A stretch of DNA of 64,000 bases from NCBI GenBank assembly GCA_965216875.1, contig OZ244207.1:8032001-8096000 (forward strand), given 5' to 3'. This document shows, piece by piece, positions 29,345 to 39,200 of this stretch. Under the pieces are notes generated by a model. It was not told the origin of the DNA, did no database searches, and saw only the letters and a program-made list of their open reading frames with translations. A program made the translations under genes and the position numbers. Every line of letters starts with the position of its first letter. Within the stretch, counting starts at the first letter, position 1. The stretch is from Rubripirellula sp. GTDB taxonomy: Bacteria > Planctomycetota > Planctomycetia > Pirellulales > Pirellulaceae.

Positions 29345-29637
29345 TGCTCGTGCACCACGGCGGGATTGGAAGCACTTCGCAAGCCATGTCAGCGGGGATT
29401 CCCCAAGTCGTTCGCCCGATGGCGTTTGACCAATTCGATAACGCAACGCGAGTCGAACACCTCGGCTGTGGTCGATGGCTCAAACGGGACAAAGATCTCA
29501 CCCAAACGATTCGACAGCTTCTCGATTCGGATGACGTCGCCAGCAACTGCGGGCGCACCGCCAAGCAAATGAACGCCACCAACGAAACCGCCGCCGCCAA
29601 AGCGGCAGCCGAGATCGCTGCAGTCTTGCTGAGGTAG
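29345..29637 (+). pseudogene. Duplicate 3' end of the glycosyltransferase gene
   Basis: Matches 12858-13142 with about 12 mismatches in ~285 bp (hand count); ends VLLR-stop. Confidence 0.92.
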
Positions 29638-29985
29638 GCAAAAAGATGGCGGGCAGAAAAATGAAGAGGAAGAGGGACAGAAAGATAGGAGACAGAAAAA
29701 TGAATGCCGATCGCGTGACCCCCGTCCCCTTTTCTCCATCGTCCCCAAGTGTTACTTGCTCTTAGGCCGGAGGCCGGCATATTTCTGCCGGTGGCGTGAG
29801 CCACCGGACTACGAGATCGCTGCAGTCTTGCAGCGTTAGGCAAAAAGATGGCGGGCAGGAAAAGGAAGAGGAAGAGGGACAGAAAGATAGGAGACAGAAA
29901 AATGAATGCCGATCGCTTGAAGACCAATCTCTTCGTTTTTTTGCCCATCATTTTTCTGTCGCTCTTTCCCCCGTACTCTCGGCCT
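29630..29985. repeat. Second copy of the purine-rich repeat plus REP block
   Basis: Colinear with 13143-13560, including the REP hairpin at 29788-29812; lacks most of the 13323-13390 insert. Confidence 0.85.
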
Positions 29986-30118
29986 GCGCAGCACCGGTTT
30001 TCACCACTCGCTCCGTCCACAATTCCCCGGCTGTTTCGAATGGTATTTGCGTCGTTGGCAAACTCAGCGATAATCGGGCCGAAGTTCTAGGTCTTCCACC
30101 GTCTTTCCATTCGAACGC

Positions 30119-30352
30119 ATGAAGTTCACTACACATGAGCAGGCGCAAGCCGATGAGCAGCAGTACTGGCGCTCGAGAACGCCGGAAGAACGCATCCAAC
30201 AAGTCTTTCGGTTGCTGAGACTGAATTATGGCGATGCAGTTGACCGAAGACTGGAAAGAGTTCTTACGATTACTCGAATCCCACAAAGTGGACTACATGA
30301 TCGTCGGGGGGATTGCGGTGGCGTTTCACGGTTACCCGAGAGCGACCGGTGA
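30119..30352 (+). CDS. Small partner protein of a nucleotidyltransferase (putative antitoxin-like)
   Basis: YWRSRTPEERI...RLERVL motif; overlaps the next gene. Confidence 0.55.
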   Translation: MKFTTHEQAQADEQQYWRSRTPEERIQQVFRLLRLNYGDAVDRRLERVLTITRIPQSGLHDRRGDCGGVSRLPESDR

Positions 30353-30662
30353 CCTAGACATTTTCTACGCCTCTTCGTCTTCGGAACAGTTGGCAGCAGC
30401 GGTGAAAGCGTTTGGGTTTCCCGTCGATCCAAATCAGTTGGCGAAAGAACGAGTGTTAGCGCAACTTGGAAAAGAGCCGTTCAAGATCGAGTTGATGAAT
30501 TTCATTTCCGGAGTTCGTTTCGAAGAGGCAACGACGGTTCGAGGCCAAATCGACGGCGTAGCCGCAACCTTCATCTCCAAAGAATCGCTTTTGAAAAACA
30601 AAGCAAGCACCAACCACAGCGAACGCCCTCGAGACGCAGACGATCTAAACCGTTTGCAATAG
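30234..30662 (+). CDS. Nucleotidyltransferase (DUF6036/AbiEii-like pol-beta fold)
   Basis: YMIVGGIAVAFHGYPRATGDLDIF, L.KNK....RPRD..D. Confidence 0.8.
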   Translation: MQLTEDWKEFLRLLESHKVDYMIVGGIAVAFHGYPRATGDLDIFYASSSSEQLAAAVKAFGFPVDPNQLAKERVLAQLGKEPFKIELMNFISGVRFEEATTVRGQIDGVAATFISKESLLKNKASTNHSERPRDADDLNRLQ

Positions 30663-30698
30663 CAACTTCTTGAACCGGAAAAAACTAAACGGGCATGC

Positions 30699-31215
30699 TG
30701 AGGTAGGCAAAAAGATGGCGGCAGAAAAATGAAGGGAAGAGGGACAGAAAGATAGGAGACAGAAAGATGAATGCCGATCGCTTGATCACCTATCTCTTTG
30801 TTTCTCGCCCACCGTTTTTCTGTCCCTCATTCCCCGTGCTCTCGGCCTGCCGAATAAGCGACAGCTGAGATTGCCGCAGTCATGGTGAGGTAGGCAAAAA
30901 GATGGCGGGCAGAAAAATGAAGAGGAAGAGGGACAGAAAGATAAGAGAGCGAAAAATGAATGCCGATCGCCTGAAGACCTATCTCTTGTTTTTTTGCCCA
31001 CCATTTTCTGTCCCGCTTTCCTCGTGCTCTCGGCCTGCCGAATAAGCGACAGCTGAGATCGCTGCGGTCATGGTGAGGTCGGCAAAAAGATGGCGGGCAG
31101 AAAATGAACAGGAAGAGGGACAGAAAGATAGGAGACAGAAAAATGAATGCCGATCGCGTAAAGACCTATCTCTATTTTTCTGCCCACCATTTTTCTGTCC
31201 CTCTTTCCCCAGACC
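30699..31215. repeat. Three tandem ~186-bp units of the purine-rich inverted-repeat family
   Basis: tgaggt(a/c)ggcaaaaagatggcgg starts near 30699, 30886 and 31074; each unit has an inverted ttgcccaccatttttctgtcc arm. Confidence 0.85.
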
Positions 31216-32334
31216 TCAGTTGTTCGTGACTCGGTGGGTTGGCGTTGGACGGCCTGGGCGTAATGCGTGTGCGGAGACTTGATCGACGTTCCAATTGGTC
31301 TGACTTGCCAGTGCATCGATCACGTTGCGGCAGATCGTCTCGAGTTGATCGGGATCCATCGCGACTCTCGCGTTGATGGTGACCTGCATCTTTCCTGCGA
31401 CGCTGCGGCCTGCTTTGAGTCCGATGTCGATGACGCCATCGTTGGAAACGACGTTCGCGACCGCCTGTGTGTCGCCTGCCAACACGGACGTCTTTAGGTG
31501 AGCGATTTGACCGCCTGAGTCAATGACTTTAGTCGCTGCACTTGAAACGATGGTCGAGGCAACGTCGTCCAAATCGAGTTGGCTCGAGCCCGTCAGGATT
31601 GCGGAGAGATTGACCCAGCCAAGTTCGGCTTCCCCATCGGCGTAGGTGTCGTAGTCGATCGCAAGCAGGCGCCGCCCCGCTTCCATTGGCGAATCAATGT
31701 GCGTCATCACCGCATCGACACCTTCGCCTGACACAGGACTGACCGCGACCACCGGAACACCTTCGGCCACCGACGAGAGCTGACTCGAAAGCTCCTGGAT
31801 CTGCTCGGCGTCAAGCTGGTCCTTGCGGCCGATCATCACATAATCGGCCTCTTCAAGTTGTTTGCGGAAGATGTATTCCGCTTGAGGCGAAAAGCCGCTC
31901 CGTTTTCCGCTCGCTTCTCCCGCCAAGATCTTCTTGCCGTGCGAAGGTTTAAGGATCACTCCGAACGGTGCGAGTTCAAATCGATCGCCGAGCAATTGCT
32001 GAAGTGGCAAGATCACGGTGGCAACCAAGTCGGTGCAGCTGCCTACGGGTTCGGCAAGGAGTACATCGGGTGTTTCTTCTTGTGATAACTTGCCGGCGGT
32101 TTCGACCAAGTCATCGAAACTACAGCAAAAGCAGGCCCCAGAGACTTCGCCCACATCAAACCCGCGCGAACGAAGGTTATAGGTATCGACAAGGTCATCG
32201 GCTTGATCGTTGGTGATGATGCCGACCCGCTTGCCCTGGGCAACGTAACGTGCGGCCAATTCACCGATCAAAGTCGTTTTCCCAGCACCCAGGAAGCCAC
32301 CGATCAGAACAAAGCGAGTCTTGTCGTGTGCCAT
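31216..32334 (-). CDS. CobW/HypB/UreG (G3E) P-loop GTPase
   Basis: IGGFLGAGKTT, ITNDQ, GACFCCSF, AEPVGSC. Confidence 0.9.
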   Translation of the reverse strand: MAHDKTRFVLIGGFLGAGKTTLIGELAARYVAQGKRVGIITNDQADDLVDTYNLRSRGFDVGEVSGACFCCSFDDLVETAGKLSQEETPDVLLAEPVGSCTDLVATVILPLQQLLGDRFELAPFGVILKPSHGKKILAGEASGKRSGFSPQAEYIFRKQLEEADYVMIGRKDQLDAEQIQELSSQLSSVAEGVPVVAVSPVSGEGVDAVMTHIDSPMEAGRRLLAIDYDTYADGEAELGWVNLSAILTGSSQLDLDDVASTIVSSAATKVIDSGGQIAHLKTSVLAGDTQAVANVVSNDGVIDIGLKAGRSVAGKMQVTINARVAMDPDQLETICRNVIDALASQTNWNVDQVSAHALRPGRPTPTHRVTNN

Positions 32335-32460
32335 ACAGCTGCTGGAACGTGTTGGTTGTGGAAGGAATGTAACGGAATGCAAACGGGGGAACTTAGCGAA
32401 TGAAACACCTTGCCGCGGCTGGTCGGATCGATTTGACGGATAACCGGTTGGTAATCTGCC

Positions 32461-33168
32461 TCACCGTTCGATCCCTTCGAACAATCGGGAACCGACGCGT
32501 ACCATGGTTGCCCCCTCGGCGATTGCTGCGGGGAAATCGCCACTCATGCCCATCGAAAGTTCCGCCAGCGACCTGCCTGTCGACTTTTCGAGTTCATCAC
32601 GCAGTCGTCGTGTCTTTTCAAACTGTTGTCTTGCCGCTGATGGGTCCGTGCCCCAGCCCGCCATCGCCATCAGGCCGCAGACGTCGATTCCCGCTTCAGG
32701 AAGATTGTCGAGCAATCCTGGAAGCTCATCAGGAGCCAGGCCGGTCTTGGCTTCATCGCCACTAATATTCACCTCAAGCAAAACGCGAGCCGTCGTTTGC
32801 TGGGACACTGCCTCGTCAGCGATCGCTTGTAGCAGTCGCATGCTATCGACAGAGTGGATCAATGGACGTTGCTTGAGCGTTCGGCGAATCTTGTTGCGCT
32901 GCAAGTGTCCGATGATGTGCCAATCGACCGAGAGGTTGTCGGGCCAATCCTCGGCCTTGCTCCAAAAGTGTTGAGGGCGGCTTTCACCGAGGTGGGAACA
33001 ACCGACTTGTGCGAGAGCGATGGTTGTTTCGCGATCAACGTATTTGGAAACCCCGACGATGTTGATTGAATTTGGATCACGGTCGGCGGCGAGTGCTGCT
33101 TTTTCAACCTCGTCGACGACGGCCGACCAGTTCGCGCGAAGTCGTTTTTGCAGGTCCAAGTCACTCAT
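32461..33168 (-). CDS. yggS: PLP homeostasis protein YggS/PLPBP
   Basis: VGVSKY, WHIIGHLQRNK, LSMGMSGDF, VRVGS. Confidence 0.93.
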   Translation of the reverse strand: MSDLDLQKRLRANWSAVVDEVEKAALAADRDPNSINIVGVSKYVDRETTIALAQVGCSHLGESRPQHFWSKAEDWPDNLSVDWHIIGHLQRNKIRRTLKQRPLIHSVDSMRLLQAIADEAVSQQTTARVLLEVNISGDEAKTGLAPDELPGLLDNLPEAGIDVCGLMAMAGWGTDPSAARQQFEKTRRLRDELEKSTGRSLAELSMGMSGDFPAAIAEGATMVRVGSRLFEGIER

Positions 33169-34999
33169 CTTCGTGATCGTCTACGGTCACCAGTTCGTCA
33201 AGGCTTCCGTCGCCCATATCAAATCTTGCCGCAAAGAAGTCTGCGACAAGGTGTTTGCCCAGTACGCTTCGCGGGCAGGGGACGCCGAAGGAGCGGTACA
33301 CGAGCCACTGTTCCGAGCCAAGTTGAATTCGAAAGCCGGCTGCTTCATCGCGGCCAACGATTCGTAGTTCTTGTGCGACGGTCAATTGTCGCCACGTTCG
33401 CTTACGTCCGAACCGACGTTGTTGGAAGTCAAACCAAATCGGTGCATAGAGACGACCGTGCCCGCTCGACGTCAATTGTAGATGACCATCGGGCGTCGCA
33501 GTGAGCGTTGCGTCGGTTGGGCCTACTTTCCATTCCCCAGCCGAGAGCGGCAGGACAAGCCCCCGTCGTTTGGAGTCACCGAGGTAGAGCTCGCGAGTCT
33601 CTTTTTCTTCCTCAACTCCGATCGAATCGCCAAGCGGCAATCGCAAGTCGTAGCGAATCTCGCGGTCGGGTTGGTAGTTGGCACCGCCGCGTGGAATCAC
33701 GCTGTCGGCGACGAGCACACAGCGATCGTCCCGCACCAACATGAACTGACGTTGCAGCAAGAGGTCGCTGCCCCAGGCTTGTTCAATCTCGAGATAGTGC
33801 ACGTCATCGTCGGTGTACTCACAGGTCAATTCCCAGTCGCCGGAAGGTTGCTGGGTTTGGCCTTCGACGTCGATCATGGTCTCGCAAGGTCCGGACAAGA
33901 CCTTGCTGCGGCCGGCGTACAATTCGAATTGCACTTGGTCGCCCGAATAGTCAATGTGCATGCGGCCCCGGCGCACGTCCCAATCGGGGAACATGACGGC
34001 GACCTTGGCTTTTTCACTGTGGTGAAAGGCTTCCGGTAAACAGACTTCCCAGGCAAGCCGTCCGCCCGATTGCGACTCGCCAAGTGCCGCTGCGACCGCG
34101 GGCCGCAACGCATCAGGGTCGATTTCGGTGAGCGACTCAAGCAGCCCATCACTGGCAAGGTCAGCGGCGAGTTCTTTACGTGAAGCGTTGCTGAACGCGG
34201 TTTGTCCGGTATGGATCGTCGATGCGGCGACCCAGGTTGCTAGATCATCGGCGATCCGCTGTTGTTGTTTTTTCCATTTGCGTTGTGTTGTTTTTTCCAA
34301 CAACGCTTTGCAGCGCAGCAAAGAAGCAAGCACCAAACGCGTGTGGGGCAAACTGGCGATGGCTCCGTCAACCGCTTCCTCTTCGTGTGCACACCAAGCT
34401 GACAATGCATCAGCAGCGGAGCGTTGGATTCGCTTGCACGAGGGTAGCACTTGCAAACGCCAAGCAAGGGTGAGACCCAATTCGGCATCGAGTAACAAGT
34501 GCGCGCCCGTCGGTGTGACGCCGCGCTGGAGGAAAGATTCACGCAGTTGTTGTAGGCATCCAAGCAGGTCCCACCAGACGCGTTGTTCCAGATGCCGCGT
34601 CAGTTGCGGCAGTGCGGATGCCCAAAGAACGGCGACCGCCGCGTCGGAAGTGGTGATCTCATGCGAGCTCTCGAAATCGTCGATTGCTTTTTGCGCCGCA
34701 GCGTTGAGATCAAGGTCGCGGTGTTTTTTAGAGATTCGTCCGTCACAGGCAAGTTTGCTTAACAGGCCGACCAGCGTCGTGTCGGCACTTGTCCGATCAG
34801 GTGATTCGGTGGCCGCTCCTTCTGCGGCGGCAATGCCCCAGCGATAAACCGATCCCCCTTTGACGCTCGCTCCAAACACGTCGGCAACCGAATTGCGCCC
34901 CGGTTTGGCGAGCTGCTGGCAAAGCGACTCCCATTGGTTGTCATCGCGCGCGTGTTGCGTTTTCTTACGTTTCGATTTCGCAACGGTTTCAGTCGACAT
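33161..34999 (-). CDS. Conserved hypothetical protein
   Basis: 612-aa ORF overlapping the yggS start; no catalytic motif recognised. Confidence 0.75.
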   Translation of the reverse strand: MSTETVAKSKRKKTQHARDDNQWESLCQQLAKPGRNSVADVFGASVKGGSVYRWGIAAAEGAATESPDRTSADTTLVGLLSKLACDGRISKKHRDLDLNAAAQKAIDDFESSHEITTSDAAVAVLWASALPQLTRHLEQRVWWDLLGCLQQLRESFLQRGVTPTGAHLLLDAELGLTLAWRLQVLPSCKRIQRSAADALSAWCAHEEEAVDGAIASLPHTRLVLASLLRCKALLEKTTQRKWKKQQQRIADDLATWVAASTIHTGQTAFSNASRKELAADLASDGLLESLTEIDPDALRPAVAAALGESQSGGRLAWEVCLPEAFHHSEKAKVAVMFPDWDVRRGRMHIDYSGDQVQFELYAGRSKVLSGPCETMIDVEGQTQQPSGDWELTCEYTDDDVHYLEIEQAWGSDLLLQRQFMLVRDDRCVLVADSVIPRGGANYQPDREIRYDLRLPLGDSIGVEEEKETRELYLGDSKRRGLVLPLSAGEWKVGPTDATLTATPDGHLQLTSSGHGRLYAPIWFDFQQRRFGRKRTWRQLTVAQELRIVGRDEAAGFRIQLGSEQWLVYRSFGVPCPRSVLGKHLVADFFAARFDMGDGSLDELVTVDDHEDE

Positions 35000-35329
35000 G
35001 GAAAGAACTTTGCCAGAGTTGAGGACCTGGGTGCCAGAGCCGATGGTCCAGAGTTGATAGGATCAGGGTGTTCGTCTTGAGAGGCGGAAACTCGATCGCC
35101 GGTGGCGAATCTTTCGCCGCTGGAAGCGTCACTCAAAAGGCCAATTTGCACTGAATCATCGCTGCCGAGACCGAGGCACGAAAAATGCACTCCCCTAACC
35201 GTCTAGGGTGGTATCCCGGCCGAGGCGTTCCCTCGCCACACTCGACCCGATACCTTAACTAGTTAGCAAAGAGATGCCAGCACGGCGGATTTTGTGATTC
35301 TTCGATCGCAGCGAAAAGAAAAGCTCGTT

Positions 35330-36250
35330 ATGAAAAACCGTACCAAACCATCGGCGTTTTTCCGTCCCCTGCCAATGATCGCAGTGGGGCTCTTCTGCTC
35401 GGCCGCGATCGGGGATCGGTGCGTTGCCCAGCAGGGATCGGATGAGGGCCAGGCAAAAGAGACTCAGGAGTACGCGGATCCGAAACGTCCGTCTCTGTCG
35501 GATCCGATCAAAGAGGTTGAAACGCCTCTCGACGAATATGTGACCCCCGAGATGGTGGCACGCAAGGCCTTCGATCCTCCGCCTGGGGCCAAGATGCTCT
35601 CGAAGAATCACCTGTGGGTCGACACTAAGAAGAAGCGGGTTTACATCGACGGCTACGTTGCGATTCGCGACGCAGCGCTAGAAATGTTCGCCTGTCCCGC
35701 GGGCACGAAAGAACACGAGTCCTTGGTCGGCAGTCTCGCCAAGCCTCGCAACGTGCATGCGGCGCTGCTGGCGGTTGGGGCCAAGCCGGGTACCCCTGTG
35801 CAGTTCCACCCCAAGTTTGTCCCAGCCACTGGCCAACAGATTCGCGTTTGGGTGACTTGGCTGGATCAGGACGGCAAATTCCATCATGTCGACGCACGTG
35901 ACTGGATCATGAAGGCCAAGACCAAAGAGGCGATGCGATCGGAATGGGTGTTCGCCGGAAGTGGGTTTTGGGAAGACGACGGCAAGCGGTTTTACCGAGC
36001 CGACGCAGGTGACATGATCTGCGTTTCGAATTTCAGTAGCGCGATGTTGGACTTGAACATTGCCAGTAGCGCCGAAGCCGATCAGCTGCTTTATGTCCCC
36101 AAGACCGAGTTGATCCCCGAGCGTTTCACGCCGCTGCGGTTGGTGTTGGTGCCAATTCCCAACCCAGGCCAAGCGGGGGCGGATTCCAAGGAAGCGAAAG
36201 AGCGTTTGAAACCGCCGACCAAAGAGATTCTTCCCAAGCAATCCAAATAA
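35330..36250 (+). CDS. Exported YdjY-domain protein
   Basis: Signal peptide; LEMFACPAGTKEHES, VHAALLAVGAKPG, WVFAGS, ICVSNF. Confidence 0.75.
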   Translation: MKNRTKPSAFFRPLPMIAVGLFCSAAIGDRCVAQQGSDEGQAKETQEYADPKRPSLSDPIKEVETPLDEYVTPEMVARKAFDPPPGAKMLSKNHLWVDTKKKRVYIDGYVAIRDAALEMFACPAGTKEHESLVGSLAKPRNVHAALLAVGAKPGTPVQFHPKFVPATGQQIRVWVTWLDQDGKFHHVDARDWIMKAKTKEAMRSEWVFAGSGFWEDDGKRFYRADAGDMICVSNFSSAMLDLNIASSAEADQLLYVPKTELIPERFTPLRLVLVPIPNPGQAGADSKEAKERLKPPTKEILPKQSK

Positions 36251-36546
36251 GGTCTAGGTCTCCAGCACTCGATTTGATTGGTCCGCCCCGGGGGACACCC
36301 TCCTGTTGCGGAAGGCGAACCAGTTGCTCGGGGGCGGTGCGCGGGTGCGTCACCGGTTCAACCGGCCTCATTTCGGCGCAAACCCTACGTTCGGAACCAC
36401 TCACCGAACGATTCTTAAAAAACTCGCTTGCGTGCAACCTAGTTTTGTCCGTTCGCAGAATTGCCCCAACGCCTGCGGGACCCTTTAACGCGTTCGGCTC
36501 TGTCCATAAAGAGCCGACTCTCACCCCAAAAGAGAGACCTAGCGAG

Positions 36547-36972
36547 ATGTCCAGCCAAGAACCTGTCGTCTTGATCGCCGAAGACAATCCAGGCCTAGCA
36601 CGAGTGCTGTCCTACAAATTCAAGCAAGCTGGCTTCGCTTGCGTGATCTGTGGTGACGGACAAGCGGCTTGGCAGGCGTTTCAATCGCATCACGTCAAGG
36701 CTGTAATCAGTGATCAAGAGATGCCAAGGATGTGTGGGGTCGAACTATTCCGCAAAATCCATACATCTGACCCCTATGTTCCACTGTTCCTGATAACAGG
36801 GCATCAACATGAGTTAGCGGAGTCAGGAATTGAGGAAGAGTTGAACGTCGCGCATATCTTTGGAAAGCCGTTCAGCCCAACCGCAGTCATTGAAAAGGTG
36901 ACTGAGACGATTGAGCTGCAGGCAGCCGAAGGAAAACTGAAGTACGCACAACGAGCCTTCGCCTCCAGGTAG
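36547..36972 (+). CDS. Single-domain response regulator (receiver)
   Basis: VLIAED, SDQEMPRMCG, LITG, KPF. Confidence 0.88.
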   Translation: MSSQEPVVLIAEDNPGLARVLSYKFKQAGFACVICGDGQAAWQAFQSHHVKAVISDQEMPRMCGVELFRKIHTSDPYVPLFLITGHQHELAESGIEEELNVAHIFGKPFSPTAVIEKVTETIELQAAEGKLKYAQRAFASR

Positions 36973-37042
36973 ACGCGCCACACAACAACACGACATACCG
37001 GACTTGGCAATCCGAGATAGCCTCGCCCCCAAAACGCTATCG

Positions 37043-38566
37043 ATGCAAGAAACCATCCCCCTTCAACCGCAGAGTGACGACCCCTTGGTCAGTTCGTTAC
37101 GAGACGAACTTGGCTTCGATGTCGAATGCTGTGACGCGGCCGATCCGCTGGTCAGTGAAATCCTGATCTCGATTATCGATGCGCCCGATAAGGCGGTCGT
37201 CAAAACGTGCGGTGATCATGCCACCGTTGCCATCTGTTTGCCATCGGGCAAACTTGCGGTGTGGAAGACACCCCTCGAGTTCGCCAACCAATCGGCCCGA
37301 CACGCTTCGACCTTTGTTGCCAGCCAACAGATGCAGCGCGAGAACGAGGCCCTCAGCAACGAAAACGAAGCACTCGCCATTCAAGTTGCCGATGACTTCG
37401 AAGGCTTGTCGCTGGTGCGATCGCTCGCCGCATGCCTCGAGTTGCCAGCTGACCGAAGAAGCATTCCTGAAGGTGTGCGTCGCTTTTTACATCCACTGAC
37501 GACCGGCGTTTGTGCCGAATCGATCGCAGCCGTCTTTTTGGGTGACGACGAACTGGAATGGCAGACGCCATTTTGGTCCGGCGCTGAACTCATCCCGGTT
37601 GTCGCTTTGCAAGACCTGATCGGTCAACACATGGGCGAAGCGACAAGACATCCGGTGGTCCGAAATGACCGCGACCAGTTCCCAGCAGGCATCGCGGCTG
37701 AAGAAATTCGAGAATTGATCCTCGTTCAAGTGCGCAGCGAGGGACGTTTGCATGGTTGGTTGTTGGCCTGCAATCGCGTCGATGCCGCGCACCAGGACGC
37801 GTCGTGGGAACAAACCGGTTTTTCGACGATCCAAGCATCGTTGTTGGAAACGGCTGCCAACCAACTCGCTGCCCAACTGCATAACTTCCAGTTGCTGCGT
37901 CAGCGAGAGGAATTGTTTACTGACGTGGTTCGCGCACTCGTCAACGCGGTGGAAGCCCGTGACCCATACACCAGTGGTCACAGTGAACGCGTCGCACGCT
38001 TCGCACAATGCCTGGCCCTCGCTGGCGGCGAGTCGGAAGCTGGCTGCGAGAGAATCTATCTGACTGGTCTTTTGCACGACGTTGGCAAAATCGCGATTCC
38101 CGATGGCGTGCTACGAAAACCAGGCGGCTTGAATGACGCCGAACGCCGCATCATCGAAACACACACCGACGCGGGTTGGCGCATCCTGCATGAACTCGAT
38201 GCGCTGCGCGATGTCCTTCCCGGCGTTCTTTACCATCACGAACGCTTCGATGGCAAAGGCTATCCCGATGGCCTGATCGGCGAAAACATTCCGCTTGATG
38301 GCCGTATCCTGGCCGTATGTGATGCGTTCGACGCGATGACAAGCAGTCGTCCCTACCGTACCGGGATGTCGACGCAAGATGCCGTCGACATCATGCAGAA
38401 AGGCGCTGGAACTTATTGGGATCCAAAGATCGTGACGCTGTTCATGGAGAATATCGAATCGATTGACGAGATTCGTCGAAGCCATCGTCCACGCCCACAG
38501 GTCACACGCCCCGCACCGGTTGATGGAAAACCATCCCTGGATCCAATTCCAGTTCCAACCGAATAG
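37043..38566 (+). CDS. HD-GYP cyclic-dinucleotide phosphodiesterase with GAF-like N-terminus
   Basis: EARDPYTSGHSERV, LLHDVGK, HHERFDGKGYP. Confidence 0.9.
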   Translation: MQETIPLQPQSDDPLVSSLRDELGFDVECCDAADPLVSEILISIIDAPDKAVVKTCGDHATVAICLPSGKLAVWKTPLEFANQSARHASTFVASQQMQRENEALSNENEALAIQVADDFEGLSLVRSLAACLELPADRRSIPEGVRRFLHPLTTGVCAESIAAVFLGDDELEWQTPFWSGAELIPVVALQDLIGQHMGEATRHPVVRNDRDQFPAGIAAEEIRELILVQVRSEGRLHGWLLACNRVDAAHQDASWEQTGFSTIQASLLETAANQLAAQLHNFQLLRQREELFTDVVRALVNAVEARDPYTSGHSERVARFAQCLALAGGESEAGCERIYLTGLLHDVGKIAIPDGVLRKPGGLNDAERRIIETHTDAGWRILHELDALRDVLPGVLYHHERFDGKGYPDGLIGENIPLDGRILAVCDAFDAMTSSRPYRTGMSTQDAVDIMQKGAGTYWDPKIVTLFMENIESIDEIRRSHRPRPQVTRPAPVDGKPSLDPIPVPTE

Positions 38567-38606
38567 ATTCGATTGGGATTCTTCGGTCGACTCTCAATCT
38601 GGGTTT

Positions 38607-39058
38607 AGGTTCGAGATAGGCGGAGAAGAGAGACAGAAAAATGTGGGGCAGAAAGATGAATCTCCTTTTTTGCCCGCCATCTTTTTGCCAATCCATCACT
38701 CACCTCTTCCATTTTCTGTCGTCCATCTTTCTGTCTAACCCGGTATTGGGCAGCCATGAGTGAAGGAAACTGGTTGCTTTATCAGGTTCGAGATAGGCGG
38801 CGAAGAGGGACAGAAAAATGTGGGGCAGAAAGATGAAGAGCTCAGGCAATGAATCTCCTTTTTTTGCCCGCCATCTTTATGCCAATCCATCACTCACCTC
38901 TTCCATTTTCTGTCGTCCATCTTTCTGTCTAATCCGGTATTGGACAGCCGTGGGTGAATGAAACTGGTTGCTTTATCAGGTTCGAGAGAGGCGGCGAAGA
39001 GGGACAGAAAAATGTGGGGCAGAAAGATGAAGAGCTCAGGCAATGAATCTCCGTTTTC
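38607..39058. repeat. ~2.5 tandem 175-195 bp units of the purine-rich repeat family
   Basis: aggttcgaga.aggcgg...gacagaaaaatgtggggcagaaagatgaa starts at ~38607, ~38783 and ~38978. Confidence 0.88.
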
Positions 39059-39090
39059 TGTCGAAACCTCGTGTAGCCACTTGCAAACAG

Positions 39091-39107
39091 TTGGCAGCAC
39101 CTTTGCC
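39091..39107 (+). promoter_or_regulatory. Possible sigma-54 (-24/-12) promoter
   Basis: TTGGCAGCACCTTTGC has GG-N10-GC spacing, ~95 bp upstream of the kinase start. Confidence 0.3.
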
Positions 39108-39200
39108 CCACGCGTTTCGCATTGATTTATCTATTTCGCCCTTGCGTTGTCCGTTCTAATAGAAGCGGGACAGTAAGCTAGCGCGAACCAGGGGCATTCC

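Noticed and set aside
12858..29637. Integrase-type genomic island with attL/attR
   Set aside because: No tyrosine or serine integrase. The duplicated ends are long and diverged and involve both flanking genes.
28950..30020. 356-aa minus-strand ORF
   Set aside because: Chimeric read-through of repeats, antisense GT duplicate and cobW relic; not a coherent gene.
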